From NCBI GenBank assembly GCA_002269645.1, contig NIVC01002024.1:1-64000 (forward strand): a DNA stretch of 64,000 bases. The letters run 5' to 3'. A model generated the notes under the pieces. The model was not told the origin of the DNA. It saw only the letters and a list, made by a program, of their open reading frames with translations, and searched no databases. The translations under genes were made by a program, and so were the position numbers. The DNA is from Macrostomum lignano. Lineage: Eukaryota. This document shows, one piece after another, positions 26,301 through 38,826 of this stretch. The stretch's first letter is position 1. Each line of letters begins with the position of its first letter.

Positions 26301-26717
26301 CTGCGCCAGACCGGTCAGTCGCCAATAGTCTGCGGCTCCTGCAACATTCAAATCTGCACTCTGGCTGCGGCTAAACGGCACTACGAATCTGCTGAACACC
26401 TGAAAGCCGCCACCGCAGCCGCCGCGGCCGCTGCCTCCGCTGCCGCTGCTGTGGCAGCCGCCGCCGTCACGGCCACCCCTAGCAGCGATTGTCAATCGTT
26501 TCGTCTGCATAAGAAAACTCTCCATCACAAGAATCGATCCTATTTGCAGAGACAGCAGCAACAGCCGCCGCCGCCGCCGCCGCAGGGTCCGCCATTTCAG
26601 CAGATGTACCAGCAGCCGCCGCAGCAGCAGCAACAACAGCAACAGCACAGACAAGACCACAGGCAAAAGTTTGGCAAATTTCAAAAATTCAACTCTCATT
26701 ATCACCAATCGTTTTAA
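20314..26717 (+). CDS. Matrin/U1-type C2H2 zinc-finger protein (ZMAT3/ZNF385/ZNF346-like), 3 fingers; exons ~20314-20712, 21933-22154, 22761/22764-23033, 26310/26319-26717
   Basis: Fingers CHICNSALGSPTIAMQHFNGQKH, CSLCGIYFSSAMEIRGHLTSPNH and CGSCNIQICTLAAAKRHYESAEH (C-x2-C-x12-H-x5-H). Phase-0 GT-AG junctions are consistent. Poly-A/Q/P C-terminus. Confidence 0.8.
20790..21886 (+). repeat. Intronic 31-bp minisatellite (28-bp variant)
   Basis: GTGACATTAATGTGACTGGATAGACACTGGA. Confidence 0.95.
22166..22715 (+). repeat. Intronic compound minisatellite (20-bp, then 30-bp, then 23-bp units)
   Basis: GGGAGTGACTAGAAAGAGAT, then CTGGAGTGACTAGAAGAGTGACTCTGGAGT, then AACTAGAAGAGTGACTCTGGAGT. Confidence 0.95.
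23060..26170 (+). repeat. Intronic 46/43-bp minisatellite, ~3.1 kb
   Basis: GATTGTTTCTAAGAATCTTGTCTTGACTGTTGCTAAGTCTTGTCGT, with a variant lacking 3 nt. Confidence 0.95.
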
Positions 26718-27574
26718 TCTTGTTATTCGTAATTAATTAAGCAATTTTATGGTTTCTTTATTTTGTTAAATATTCTGCTACTATTTATAATAAATTAACA
26801 ACATCTTATGCATAATTTCATTGCTTAGCATATTACTCGGTAAGAGTAGTAAACTTTGTTAAAGTGCCGATTTTTGTTCTGAATTGATTTTGTTATTTTT
26901 GCTTTTATCAATGTGCTTTTACACTATTTGGGGTGTCAACACAAACAATCTCCATTTGAGGACAATCTCTATGCGTGGAGAATTTTCTTAAAAATTCTAT
27001 TTCGGAATTTTTTTGAAAATTCCATTGGAAACCATTTTCAGAATATTTGAGGACAGTTTTCTTAGAAACTTATTTTGAGGATAATATTCTTAGAAACTCC
27101 ATTCGAAGACAATTTTCTTAGAAATTTATTTTTGGGACAATTTGCTGAGCGCCCCCCGAAAACGAAACTTCAATAACTAAAACATAAATCCATAGGTTAT
27201 GAAATGTTTATAAAGCAAGTTTGAAAAAACATTTAAAGATTTACTTATGATTCAATAATATATCGTTTTAAAGGGTGCATTGCGACATAGAGAAGTGGGA
27301 TAAGAAAAGATTTCTTGTGTGTACAGTTAGTTCACGCTACAAAATCACATGCTTGCACACGAAATTTAATGTACTTGTAACGCAAATTAAAGCAACTCTG
27401 TTAAATGGTGAAACCAATAGTTTCGCACATATTTCAAAATAGTGACACGAATAGGCAAACGTTTTACATTTATCCCAACTCTGTAGCTCTCCATTGTTAA
27501 TTTATCACTCTAAATATCGATTTAAAAACAAACAACTTAATCCCTGTTACAGTTCCGGATCCCTAATCCCGTTC

Positions 27575-27925
27575 CAAATCCTGATCCATCATTTCAAATC
27601 CCAAATCCCTTACTTCAAATACCAAAAGCTCTCACTTCAAATCCCAAAATCCTTCACTTAAAATCCCCAAATCCCTCATTTCAAAGCCAAATCCCTTCAA
27701 ATCCCAAAATCCCTCATTTCAAAGCCAAATCTCTCATTTCAAATCCAAAAATCCCTCGTTTCAAAGCCCCAAACTCAAATCCCAAAATCCCTCACTTCAA
27801 ATCCCCAAATCTCTCACTTCAAATCCCAAATTCCATCATTTCAAATCCCAAATCCTCCACTTCAAATTTCAAAATCTCCTATTTCAAATCCCAAATCCCT
27901 CACTTAAAATCCATGTCTCTCATTT
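27575..27925 (+). repeat. Degenerate ~22-bp tandem repeat
   Basis: Recurring TCAAATCCCAAAATCCCTCACT-like units. Confidence 0.75.
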
Positions 27926-27956
27926 AACTCCCTATCATAATTATCCCGAGTCCCAA

Positions 27957-29286
27957 TTAGTTGGCAAGGTCCTCGCAGGCGGGCACCCGGAATAGCAGCC
28001 GGTGCTCCCCTGTGCTCAGCGTGAGTTGTCCTGGCGGCCCAGGCAAAGCCAGCCGGGCCACCTCCCGCAGCAGGACCGGCCTGAACTCGTCCAGCGATCC
28101 GAGGCCGCGCTCTCTGAGGTGGCCCTCCGGCAGGCTGAGGCTCACCGAGTCGGCGTCGTGCAAGCGGCGACCGCGTCGCTCCGACAGCTCGTCAGCTCGC
28201 TGCATCAGTCGGGGCAGCAGCGGGTTCAGCCGCTTGCGGAGCACTTCACGAAGCGCGCCCAACTCGCCCTGAAGTGTGCAGGTACGCTTGGCTAGATTAG
28301 CAATCCATTCATAAAATTTATACTTGATTGGCTAGATTAGCAATCCATTCATAAAATTCATACTTGATTGGCTAGATTAGCAATCCATTAACGAAAATTC
28401 ATACTTGATTGGCTAGATTAGCAAGCCATTCATAAAATCTATACTTGATTGGCTAGATTAGCAATCCATTCATAAAATTCATACTTGATTGGCTAGATTA
28501 GCAATCCATTCATAAAATTCATACTTGATTGGCTAGATTAGCAATCCATTAACGAAAATTCATACTTGATTAGCTAGATTAGCAAGCCATTCATAAAATC
28601 TATACTTGATTGGCTAGATTAGCAATCCATTCATAAAATTCATACTTGATTGGCTAGATTAGCAAGCCATTCATAAAATCTATACTTGATTGGCTAGATT
28701 AGCAAGCCATTCATAAAATCTATACTTGATTGGCTAGATTAGCAATCCAATTTATAATTGCTATAATCGGGCTGCTCACCAGCAGCACGAGTTGCCTCTG
28801 CGGATCGGCGCCCTCCAAGAACACTGCCTGCTCAGACTCGCCAACCTCCAGAAATGCCACCTGCTGTTGCTGCTGCTGCAGGCTGGATTGCTGCTTCCGC
28901 CTGGGCAGATCAGCGGATGCTGAGGCGCCCTCTCGATCGCGCTGCAGAGTGCGCAGTTGAGCAGCCAGCTCAGGCAGCTGCAGGTACTCGGCCTCGGCCT
29001 CGAGCCGCTCCCAGTCGTCAAATCGTTGCAAATCGCAGGGCGGTAGGAAGCGACCGCCGTGCCTGAGAAAGTCCAGCGCCATCCCAAACACAGCCGGATT
29101 CCGGTCGAGAAACGGCCGGCCAGTCGAATCAACGCAGCCGGCCAATTCTCGGCCGGACAGTAGGCGGGCTAATCGACAATTTGGAAACTTGTCGGCGATG
29201 TTGGGCGATACGGCTACGGTTTTGCCGCCGATGTTGAACTCGACGGCTTTCTGCTGCTGCTGATGCTGATGATTGTTTTGCTTCAT
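27957..29286 (-). CDS. KCTD-like BTB/POZ (T1-type) domain protein, 2 exons (29286-28780 and 28268-27957), ~273 aa
   Basis: VEFNIGGKTVAVSPNIADKFPNCRLARLL...FLDRNPAVFGMALDFLRHG...LEAEAEYLQLPEL. Phase-0 intron with CTG|GTGAGC and ACTTCAG|GGC. Confidence 0.88.
28289..28749. repeat. Intronic 40-bp minisatellite
   Basis: GGCTAGATTAGCAATCCATTCATAAAATTCATACTTGATT fills the KCTD intron. Confidence 0.95.
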
Positions 29287-29863
29287 TGATTTGACTAAAC
29301 CTGAGCTGCTCTAGACTGAGAAATTGGTGAAAACTACTTCTTATTGGGCTGTTGGATATTTTACAGGCATGCTATGCACTGTCTGGCAGAAAATCTTCTC
29401 TATTAGCACTGGTTGAGTGTACTCAACTCCGCCACCAGCTGAGAGAGGGAAGGCCTCCGTGTGTATAGGGGAGGGGAGAGAGAAGGGGTGCGCGGGATCT
29501 GGCTATAACAAACCATGTGTACGTACGTTATTCACGCTAACCTCTTATGCGACCTGCTGGTCTGATGCTGTGAGAGAGAGAGGGAGGAGAGAGAAACTGG
29601 TAGAAACTGGCGTGTTCATTGAGTACGACACACACAGCTATTGACAATTTCACCTTTGCATGCTTCCATTCTCAGAAAAAAAGATTTTACGTCTATCCTA
29701 CATTAGGGGCTCATTTAAAGGACAATTTTGATTTCATCTCAAAGCAATAATAAGCTAGGCTGAAATTTCTGTTTGGCCCTTAAATACGCAAAAGCTATGA
29801 GTACATGCTAAACAACATCATTACTTTTGTTACTCTAGTTAAGGATAGTTTAGCCGGATAATC

Positions 29864-30192
29864 AACTGCCACAGAACTGCACTCGGCCATAGACAATAAA
29901 GCCAATCAAAGCCACACTGCCACAGAACTGCACTCGGCCATAGACAATAAAGCCAATCAAAGCCACAGCCACAGAACTGCACTCGGCCATAGACAATAAA
30001 GCAAATCAAAGCCACTGCCACAGAACTGCACTCGGCCATAGACAATAAAGCCAATCAAAGCCACTGCCACAGAACTGCACTCGGCCATAGACAATAAAGC
30101 AAATCAAAGCCACTGCCACAGAACTGCACTCGGCCATAGACAATAAAGCCAATCAAGCCACACTGCCACAGAGCTGCATTTGGCCATAGACA
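29864..30192 (+). repeat. ~49-51-bp tandem repeat, ~6-7 copies
   Basis: CTGCCACAGAACTGCACTCGGCCATAGACAATAAAGCCAATCAAAGCCA. Confidence 0.9.
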
Positions 30193-31136
30193 AATAAATC
30201 TGATTTCTCAAGAGCATACTCAACGCACTGGCAAAAGGACAAATATCAGTTCTTTATCAGCCTCCAGCTCATTTTATAAGAAACTCGAGTTTATTGCGTC
30301 CTACTTGAGTTGTCTCATGATGGGGCATGGCAGCTTTTTAGACTAGCAATATTCGCCCCCTCCATTTAGGAGGCGAAAAAGAAAAAATCGATTTGTTTGA
30401 ATAATCTACATGTAGCTTTTGACGTTGAAAATGTTTTAAGCAAAAAAGGCACCCGGTCGAGAGCTGGCTATCTTAGCCTAAGATATCAGTACCCCTGTGA
30501 GCTTTGGCATCAAAGCCAGCTATCTCTTTGATGCTCGGGATTGGCCTACCAACAACTCCCAATTTTCGGCAGTGCTCGAAGCGTAAGTTGAGCACTCATA
30601 AAAATATTGATGCTCGCATATTACTCATGCATTGCGTCTATTTTTGTCGTCGAAGCAAACAATGACAATTTTCCATACCCTTAGCTAGCATTTTTTAGCG
30701 GGCAGTTTGACCCAGATTGATGCCTAAGCCCGAGTTTCTATTGTTAGTCAGTCTATAGCTAGAGAAAAAAGAATGCTCGCTACGCAAAAGCAGACTGTGC
30801 AAAGCATCAAACAGAACAAGCACGTATGGGTATACTACTAGCTGGCCAACCAGCTCATCTCGCTTCTGAGCTGTTCTCTCACGACTGCCTCTCTCTCTCT
30901 GCGTACAGTATAGTGAGCAATAAAATCGCTAGAGCTGTGCTCTGAGCTCGTTGCGAACTAGAATACAGAAAGCGGCTGGTTTTATCGGAATACTAAATAA
31001 AGGTGAGAAACTGTAGAAAACTTGCATTTTATTCAATTTTGCTTGGATACTAAATTGTGTATTTTAGCCAACAGACTATACTAGATGAGTGAAATAATGT
31101 TTCACAGAGAAGACTAATTTAGCGGCAAGGGTGGCT

Positions 31137-34100
31137 CAGTAGAAGTTCACTCAACCGATCAACGTTGCTTAGTTATACCACGGTGCTTAGTGGTATAGTT
31201 CACTCAATGGATCAACGTTGCGTAGTGGCAGTTCCCTCAATGGATCAACGTTGCTCAGTGGCAGTTCACCCAATGGATCAACGTTTCTTAGTGGTAGTTC
31301 ACCCAATGGATCAACGTTGCTTAGTGGCAGTTCACTCAATGGATCAAGGTTGCTCAGTGGTAGTTCACTCAATGGATCAACGTTGCTCAGTGGTAGTTCA
31401 CTCAATGGATCAACGTTGCTCAGTGGTAGTTCACTCAATGGATCAAGGTTGCTCAGTGGCAGTTCACTCAATGGATTAACGTTGCTTAGTGGCAGTTCAC
31501 TCAATGGATCAACGTTTCTTAGTGGCAGTTCACCCAATGGATCAACGTTGCTTAGTGGTAGTTCACCCAATGGATCAACGTTGCTTAGTGGCAGTTCACT
31601 CAATGGATCAACGTTGCTTAGTGGCAGTTCACCCAATGGATCAACGTTGCTTAGTGGTAGTTCACCCAATGGATCAACGTTGCTTAGTGGCAGTTCACTC
31701 AATGGATCAACGTTGCCTAGTGGTAGTTCACCCAATGGATCAACGTTGCTTAGTGGCAGTTCACTCAATGGATCAACGTTGCTTAGTGGCAGTTCACTCA
31801 ACTGATTACCGTTGCTTAGTGGCAGTTCACTCAATGGATCAACGTTGCCTAGTGGCAGTTCACTCAATGGATCAACGTTGCTTAGTGGTAGTTCACTTAA
31901 CTGATCAACGGTGCTTAGTGGCAGTTCACTCAACTGATCAACGTTGCTTAGTGGCAGTTCACTCAACTGATCAACGGTGCTTAGTGGTATAGTTCACTCA
32001 ACTGATCAACGGTGCTTAGTGGCAGTTCACTCAACTGATCAACGTTGCTTAGTGGCAGTTCACTCATCTGATCAACGTTGCTTAGTGGCAGTTCACTCAA
32101 ATGATCAACGTTGCTTAGTGGCAGTTCACTCAATGGATCAACGTTGCTCAGCGGCAGTCCACCCACATCAACGTTGCTTAGTGGCAGTTCACTCAACTGA
32201 TCAACGTTGCAGTTCACTCAATGGATCAACGTTTCTTAGTGGCAGTTCACCCAATGGATCAACGTTGCTTAGTGGCAGTTCACCCAATGGGTCAACGTTG
32301 CTTAGTGGCAGTTCACTCAACTGATCAACGTTGCTTAGTGGCAGTTCACCCAATGGGTCAACGTTGCTCAGTGGTAGTTCACTCAATGGATCAACGTTGC
32401 TTAGTCGCAGTTCACTCAACTGATCAACGGTGCTTAGTGGTAGTTCACCCAATGGATCAACGTTTCTTAGTGGTAGTTCACCCAATGGGTCAACGTTGCT
32501 TAGTGGCAGTTCACTCAACTGATCAACGTTGCTTAGTGGCAGTTCACTCAATGGATCAACGTTTCTTAGTGGCAGTCCACCCAATGGATCAACGTTGCTT
32601 AGTGGTAGTTCACTCAATGGATCAACGTTGCTCAGCGGCAGTCCACCCACATCAACGTTGCTTAGTGGCAGTTCACCCAATGGATCAACGTTTCTTAGTG
32701 GTAGTTCACCCAATGGATCAACGTTGCTTAGTGGCAGTTCACTCAATGGATCAACGTTGCTCAGTGGTAGTTCACTCAATGGATCAACGTTGCTCAGTGG
32801 TAGTTCACTCAATGGATCAACGTTGCTCAGTGGTAGTTCACTCAATGGATCAACGTTGCTCAGTGGCAGTTCACTCAATGGATTAACGTTGCTTAGTGGC
32901 AGTTCACTCAATGGATCAACGTTTCTTAGTGGCAGTTCACCCAATGGATCAACGTTGCTTAGTGGTAGTTCACCCAATGGATCAACGTTGCTTAGTGGCA
33001 GTTCACTCAATGGATCAACGTTGCTTAGTGGCAGTTCACCCAATGGATCAACGTTGCTTAGTGGTAGTTCACCCAATGGATCAACGTTGCTTAGTGGCAG
33101 TTCACTCAATGGATCAACGTTGCCTAGTGGTAGTTCACCCAATGGATCAACGTTGCTTAGTGGCAGTTCACTCAATGGATCAACGTTGCTTAGTGGCAGT
33201 TCACTCAACTGATTACCGTTGCTTAGTGGCAGTTCACTCAATGGATCAACGTTGCCTAGTGGCAGTTCACTCAATGGATCAACGTTGCTTAGTGGTAGTT
33301 CACTTAACTGATCAACGGTGCTTAGTGGCAGTTCACTCAACTGATCAACGTTGCTTAGTGGCAGTTCACTCAACTGATCAACGGTGCTTAGTGGTATAGT
33401 TCACTCAACTGATCAACGGTGCTTAGTGGCAGTTCACTCAACTGATCAACGTTGCTTAGTGGCAGTTCACTCATCTGATCAACGTTGCTTAGTGGCAGTT
33501 CACTCAAATGATCAACGTTGCTTAGTGGCAGTTCACTCAATGGATCAACGTTGCTCAGCGGCAGTCCACCCACATCAACGTTGCTTAGTGGCAGTTCACT
33601 CAACTGATCAACGTTGCAGTTCACTCAATGGATCAACGTTTCTTAGTGGCAGTTCACCCAATGGATCAACGTTGCTTAGTGGCAGTTCACCCAATGGGTC
33701 AACGTTGCTTAGTGGCAGTTCACTCAACTGATCAACGTTGCTTAGTGGCAGTTCACCCAATGGGTCAACGTTGCTCAGTGGTAGTTCACTCAATTGATCA
33801 ACGTTGCTTAGTCGCAGTTCACTCAACTGATCAACGGTGCTTAGTGGTAGTTCACCCAATGGATCAACGTTTCTTAGTGGTAGTTCACCCAATGGGTCAA
33901 CGTTGCTTAGTGGCAGTTCACTCAACTGATCAACGTTGCTTAGTGGCAGTTCACTCAATGGATCAACGTTTCTTAGTGGCAGTCCACCCAATGGATCAAC
34001 GTTGCTTAGTGGTAGTTCACTCAATGGATCAACGTTGCTCAGCGGCAGTCCACCCACATCAACGTTGCTTAGTGGCAGTTCACCCAATGGATCAACGTTT

Positions 34101-35530
34101 CTTAGTGGTAGTTCACCCAATGGATCAACGTTGCTTAGTGGCAGTTCACTCAATGGATCAACGTTGCTTAGTGGCAGTTCACCCAATGGATCAACGTTGC
34201 TTAGTGGTAGTTCACCCAATGGATCAACGTTGCTTAGTGGCAGTTCACTCAATGGATCAACGTTGCCTAGTGGTAGTTCACCCAATGGATCAACGTTGCT
34301 TAGTGGCAGTTCACTCAATGGATCAACGTTGCTTAGTGGCAGTTCACTCAACTGATTACCGTTGCTTAGTGGCAGTTCACTCAATGGATCAACGTTGCCT
34401 AGTGGCAGTTCACTCAATGGATCAACGTTGCTTAGTGGTAGTTCACTTAACTGATCAACGGTGCTTAGTGGCAGTTCACTCAACTGATCAACGTTGCTTA
34501 GTGGCAGTTCACTCAACTGATCAACGGTGCTTAGTGGTATAGTTCACTCAACTGATCAACGGTGCTTAGTGGCAGTTCACTCAACTGATCAACGTTGCTT
34601 AGTGGCAGTTCACTCATCTGATCAACGTTGCTTAGTGGCAGTTCACTCAAATGATCAACGTTGCTTAGTGGCAGTTCACTCAATGGATCAACGTTGCTCA
34701 GCGGCAGTCCACCCACATCAACGTTGCTTAGTGGCAGTTCACTCAACTGATCAACGTTGCAGTTCACTCAATGGATCAACGTTTCTTAGTGGCAGTTCAC
34801 CCAATGGATCAACGTTGCTTAGTGGCAGTTCACCCAATGGGTCAACGTTGCTTAGTGGCAGTTCACTCAACTGATCAACGTTGCTTAGTGGCAGTTCACC
34901 CAATGGGTCAACGTTGCTCAGTGGTAGTTCACTCAATGGATCAACGTTGCTTAGTCGCAGTTCACTCAACTGATCAACGGTGCTTAGTGGTAGTTCACCC
35001 AATGGATCAACGTTTCTTAGTGGTAGTTCACCCAATGGGTCAACGTTGCTTAGTGGCAGTTCACTCAACTGATCAACGTTGCTTAGTGGCAGTTCACTCA
35101 ATGGATCAACGTTTCTTAGTGGCAGTCCACCCAATGGATCAACGTTGCTTAGTGGTAGTTCACTCAATGGATCAACGTTGCTCAGCGGCAGTCCACCCAC
35201 ATCAACGTTGCTTAGTGGCAGTTCACTCAACTGATCAACGTTGCTTAGTGGCAGTTCACTCAATGGATCAACGTTGCTCAGTGGTAGTTCACTCAATGGA
35301 TCAACGTTGCTTAGTCGCAGTTCACTCAACTGATCAACGGTGCTTAGTGGTAGTTCACCCAATGGATCAACGTTTCTTAGTGGCAGTTCACTCAATGGAT
35401 CAACGTTGCTTAGTGGCAGTTCACTCAACTGATCAACGGTGCTTAGTGGTATAGTTCACTCAATGGATCAACGTTTCTTAGTGGCAGTTCACTCAATGGA
35501 TCAACGTTTCTTAGTGGTAGTTCACTCAAG
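31137..35530 (+). repeat. 33-bp minisatellite, ~4.4 kb, with higher-order repeats
   Basis: Unit TTGCTTAGTGGCAGTTCACTCAATGGATCAACG. Identical variant blocks start at 31977, 33384 and 34527. Confidence 0.97.
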
Positions 35531-35835
35531 TGTTGGATAGTGGTTTGGTTGCAGTTCACTTCGGGAAAGCCTACTTAAGGACAGCACATTTTGCTAGTAA
35601 CGCACGTTTGCTTTTAAAAAGAAGCAAAGCAAGGCTTCCGCGACTAAACGAGCATTTTTATGTTTCAATTTGTTATACAATTTACCGTTATTTTGCAGCT
35701 TATTAACGTAAATATTCATAGCAAGAATATAAGACAATAAATTAGGGCTATTGCTAGTAAATCAAGCTTGCAACAGTATGCTAGTTGCGTGGAAATTAAC
35801 TACGAGCTACTTCGAATTCCAGGGATTGCAGCACA

Positions 35836-36984
35836 ATGAACCTAGCCCGACAGCAAAGACGTCGTGTACTGAAAGACATAATAACAATTATTCTGGCAAT
35901 GATGTTGGCTATTATTATCTACAAACTGCTGGTCAGCGGCAGCCTCATGCAGATCTGCTCCAAAGATAACAATGCTCTTGTGCCAGATCACGGCACAGTG
36001 CCAGCGACTATTGACAACCCTCTGCCGTCGGGTGCCTGCGGCGCCTACAGCGAGCTCCGCAACGTGAACTTCCTGCACAAGTCCATCAGCGAGGGCATCT
36101 GCAAAGGCGCCGCCGCCTACACCATCGTGGACAGCGCGTTTCCGCTCTGCCGACTCAAGCAGCACCTGCCGCAGGTGCTCATCAAAGGCGTAAAAGCTGG
36201 AAGCAGGGAAGCGACACTGAAGAGTCCCGTTAGCCAGAGAAGCATACCGTGCTTCATCTATTCGTGCAAGGACATCATCTCGGCAGCGGTCTATCAGTCG
36301 CACATATTCGAGGCCAATAGCGTTCTCATTTTGCAGAAAATTGTAAAGAAGTTTCAAGAAAAATATTTAGTAACCTTCGTGGACGTCGGCTCGAACATCG
36401 GCGTGTTCAGCCTGTCGGTCCTCGATCTCGGAGTGCCCGTCATCGCGCTGGACGCGAACATCCGCAACCTGATTCGAATCAAGCTGTCAGCCGAGGCGGC
36501 CAGTTCGCCTCACAAGCTGCACCTGCTGTGGAACTTCGTCAGCACGCGAGTTTATTTCACCTACCTGAACCTCCCTCAGCAGTGCAACGTCGGCGGCGCC
36601 ACCAACTTTGGCGGCAAATCTGTCGTCGACACGATCCCGGTGATGTCGGCCACCGCGGACTCCATCGTGCCGCTCATCGACACCAAGCTGGTTGTATTAA
36701 AAGTTGCCATCGAAGGAAGCGAAGGCGAGTTCTTCAAGAGCGCGCAGAAGCTGTTCGACACCTTCACGATTCCCGTGGTGCACATGAAGTGGCTCAATTG
36801 GCAGATGAGCGAGGAGGAGCGCCAGTTCATGATCAGCTTCTTCGCTGAGAGACGATACAGCCCTAGGAGCATCAAGGACGCATCAATAGTTGTTGCTAAT
36901 CCAGCGGACCGGAAATTTCAATGCGACCGTTTGCTCTGGATTCGCGACGACTATCTTGGTCTCGTGCTCGAATCTTTAAAGTGA
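35836..36984 (+). CDS. Type-II membrane FkbM-family SAM-dependent methyltransferase, copy 1 (382 aa; KVAIEG and HMKW variants)
   Basis: N-terminal hydrophobic anchor IITIILAMMLAIIIY and motif I VTFVDVGSNIGVFSL. Single uninterrupted ORF. Confidence 0.85.
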   Translation: MNLARQQRRRVLKDIITIILAMMLAIIIYKLLVSGSLMQICSKDNNALVPDHGTVPATIDNPLPSGACGAYSELRNVNFLHKSISEGICKGAAAYTIVDSAFPLCRLKQHLPQVLIKGVKAGSREATLKSPVSQRSIPCFIYSCKDIISAAVYQSHIFEANSVLILQKIVKKFQEKYLVTFVDVGSNIGVFSLSVLDLGVPVIALDANIRNLIRIKLSAEAASSPHKLHLLWNFVSTRVYFTYLNLPQQCNVGGATNFGGKSVVDTIPVMSATADSIVPLIDTKLVVLKVAIEGSEGEFFKSAQKLFDTFTIPVVHMKWLNWQMSEEERQFMISFFAERRYSPRSIKDASIVVANPADRKFQCDRLLWIRDDYLGLVLESLK

Positions 36985-37603
36985 CGCTGCAAGCTTTATT
37001 GTCGAGACAGTTTGTCTTTAATTGCAAAATTTTGGCAGGAAAGATTCTAGATCCGATGTTAGATATTTTTTACACCCTTCTGCGAGCAACGATTACTCAC
37101 AAATTTTGTATGCTTCTGCTACTTCTGCTTCTAATCTGATGATTACGAGCTAGAAAGTCAGTGCTGTTACACCCTGTGTTACTCGTAGCTCGTGTGTAGG
37201 AGTGCGTGTTTGAGCACAGTATTGGCGCGCTTGTAGTGTGCTCAGGAGTCAGGGAAATGGGCAGAATTGTCCCATTGTGGGACTGGCTGTGTTGACGACC
37301 TTGCCGAAGGCATTGAAACCTCCTGCCAATATTTTATTTTACAGTCATCTGCACTTGTGCGACACCTTCTGTGACCCAGCCAACTGCGTTCCTTACACAT
37401 TTAGTTTAACGACGCAGACTGTAATAAACCATAAATTTGCGTACATGTATGCACTATTGCACCAACGTGTGTTCGCGATTGTACCGATAGCCGTGAGCTA
37501 AATACAATAAAAATGCTCAGTGTCACTTGTGCATCATTTATTTGTGTAAGTTCACGTCCAGAGCTTGTGTACTTCGGTGCGCTAAATGGCCTTCTTGAAG
37601 TCA

Positions 37604-38418
37604 TGATGTCACTTGGATATGATGTCACTTGGATATGATTTCACTTGGATATGATGTCACTTGGATATGATGTCACTTGGATATGATGTCACTTGGATAT
37701 GATGTCACTTGGATATGATGTCACTTGGAAATGATGTCACTTGGATATGATGTCACTTGGATATGATGTCACTTGGATATGATGTCACTTGGATATGATG
37801 TCACTTGGATATGATGTCACTTGGATATGATGTCACTTGGAAATGATGTCACTTGGATATGATGTCACTTGGATATGATGTCACTTGGATATGATGTCAC
37901 TTGGATATGATGTCACTTGGATATGATGTCACTTGGATATGATGTCACTTGGATATGATGTCACTTGGATATGATGTCACTTGGATATGATGTCACTTGG
38001 ATATGATGTCACTTGGATATGATGTCACTTGGATATGATGTCACTTGGATATGATGTCACTTGGATATGATGTCACTTGGATATGATGTCACTTGGAAAT
38101 GATGTCACTTGGATATGATGTCACTTGGATATGATGTCACTTGGATATGATGTCACTTGGATATGATGTCACTTGGATATGATGTCACTTGGAAATGATG
38201 TCACTTGGATATGATGTCACTTGGAAATGATGTCACTTGGATATGATGTCACTTGGAAATGATGTCACTTGGATATGATGTCACTTGGAAATGATGTCAC
38301 TTGGATATGATGTCACTTGGAAATGATGTCACTTGGAAATGATGTCACTTGGAAATGATGTCACTTGGATATGATGTCACTTGGAAATGATGTCACTTGG
38401 AAATGATGTCACTTGGAT
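37604..38418 (+). repeat. 16-bp minisatellite
   Basis: GATGTCACTTGGATAT. The GGAAAT variant becomes frequent toward the 3' end. Confidence 0.97.
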
Positions 38419-38749
38419 CTCAGCGAGACCTCAATTACGCAGGCAAATATCGATTTAGTTAAATCCTACCTTTCAATGACTAGCGGCAGATTGTACTCGT
38501 AATCAACTACTTAACAGTAGGAAGGTCAAGCCATTTTCCGCCCTTCGAACTACCAAAGTGAAAGGGATCCTCCATCCCTTGACAAATTTTCGTTGCTGCG
38601 CCGGAACGAAGCGATGCAGGCACACGAAATTCAAGAACATGGGCTAAATTTTTGTCTAGCACCTTCACAAACAAGAATCAAGTCGCCAGCCCTCCGGACC
38701 ATCGAGATATTCAACGATTCTGTCAGAAAGAATCGATTTGGGATTGTAG

Positions 38750-38826
38750 CAATCGATTTGAGATTGTAGGGATCGATTTGGGATTGTAGGGATCGATTTG
38801 GGATTGTAGGAATCGATTTGGGAATT
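38750..38826 (+). repeat. 20-bp tandem repeat, ~4 copies
   Basis: ATCGATTTGGGATTGTAGGG-like units. Confidence 0.8.

Noticed and set aside
31165-35454. ORFs of 200-390 aa with ELPLSNVDPLS or LSGSSLNGSTL repeats
   Set aside because: A 33-bp unit (a multiple of 3) lacking stops keeps frames open on both strands. There is no unique coding flank, start context or splice link.
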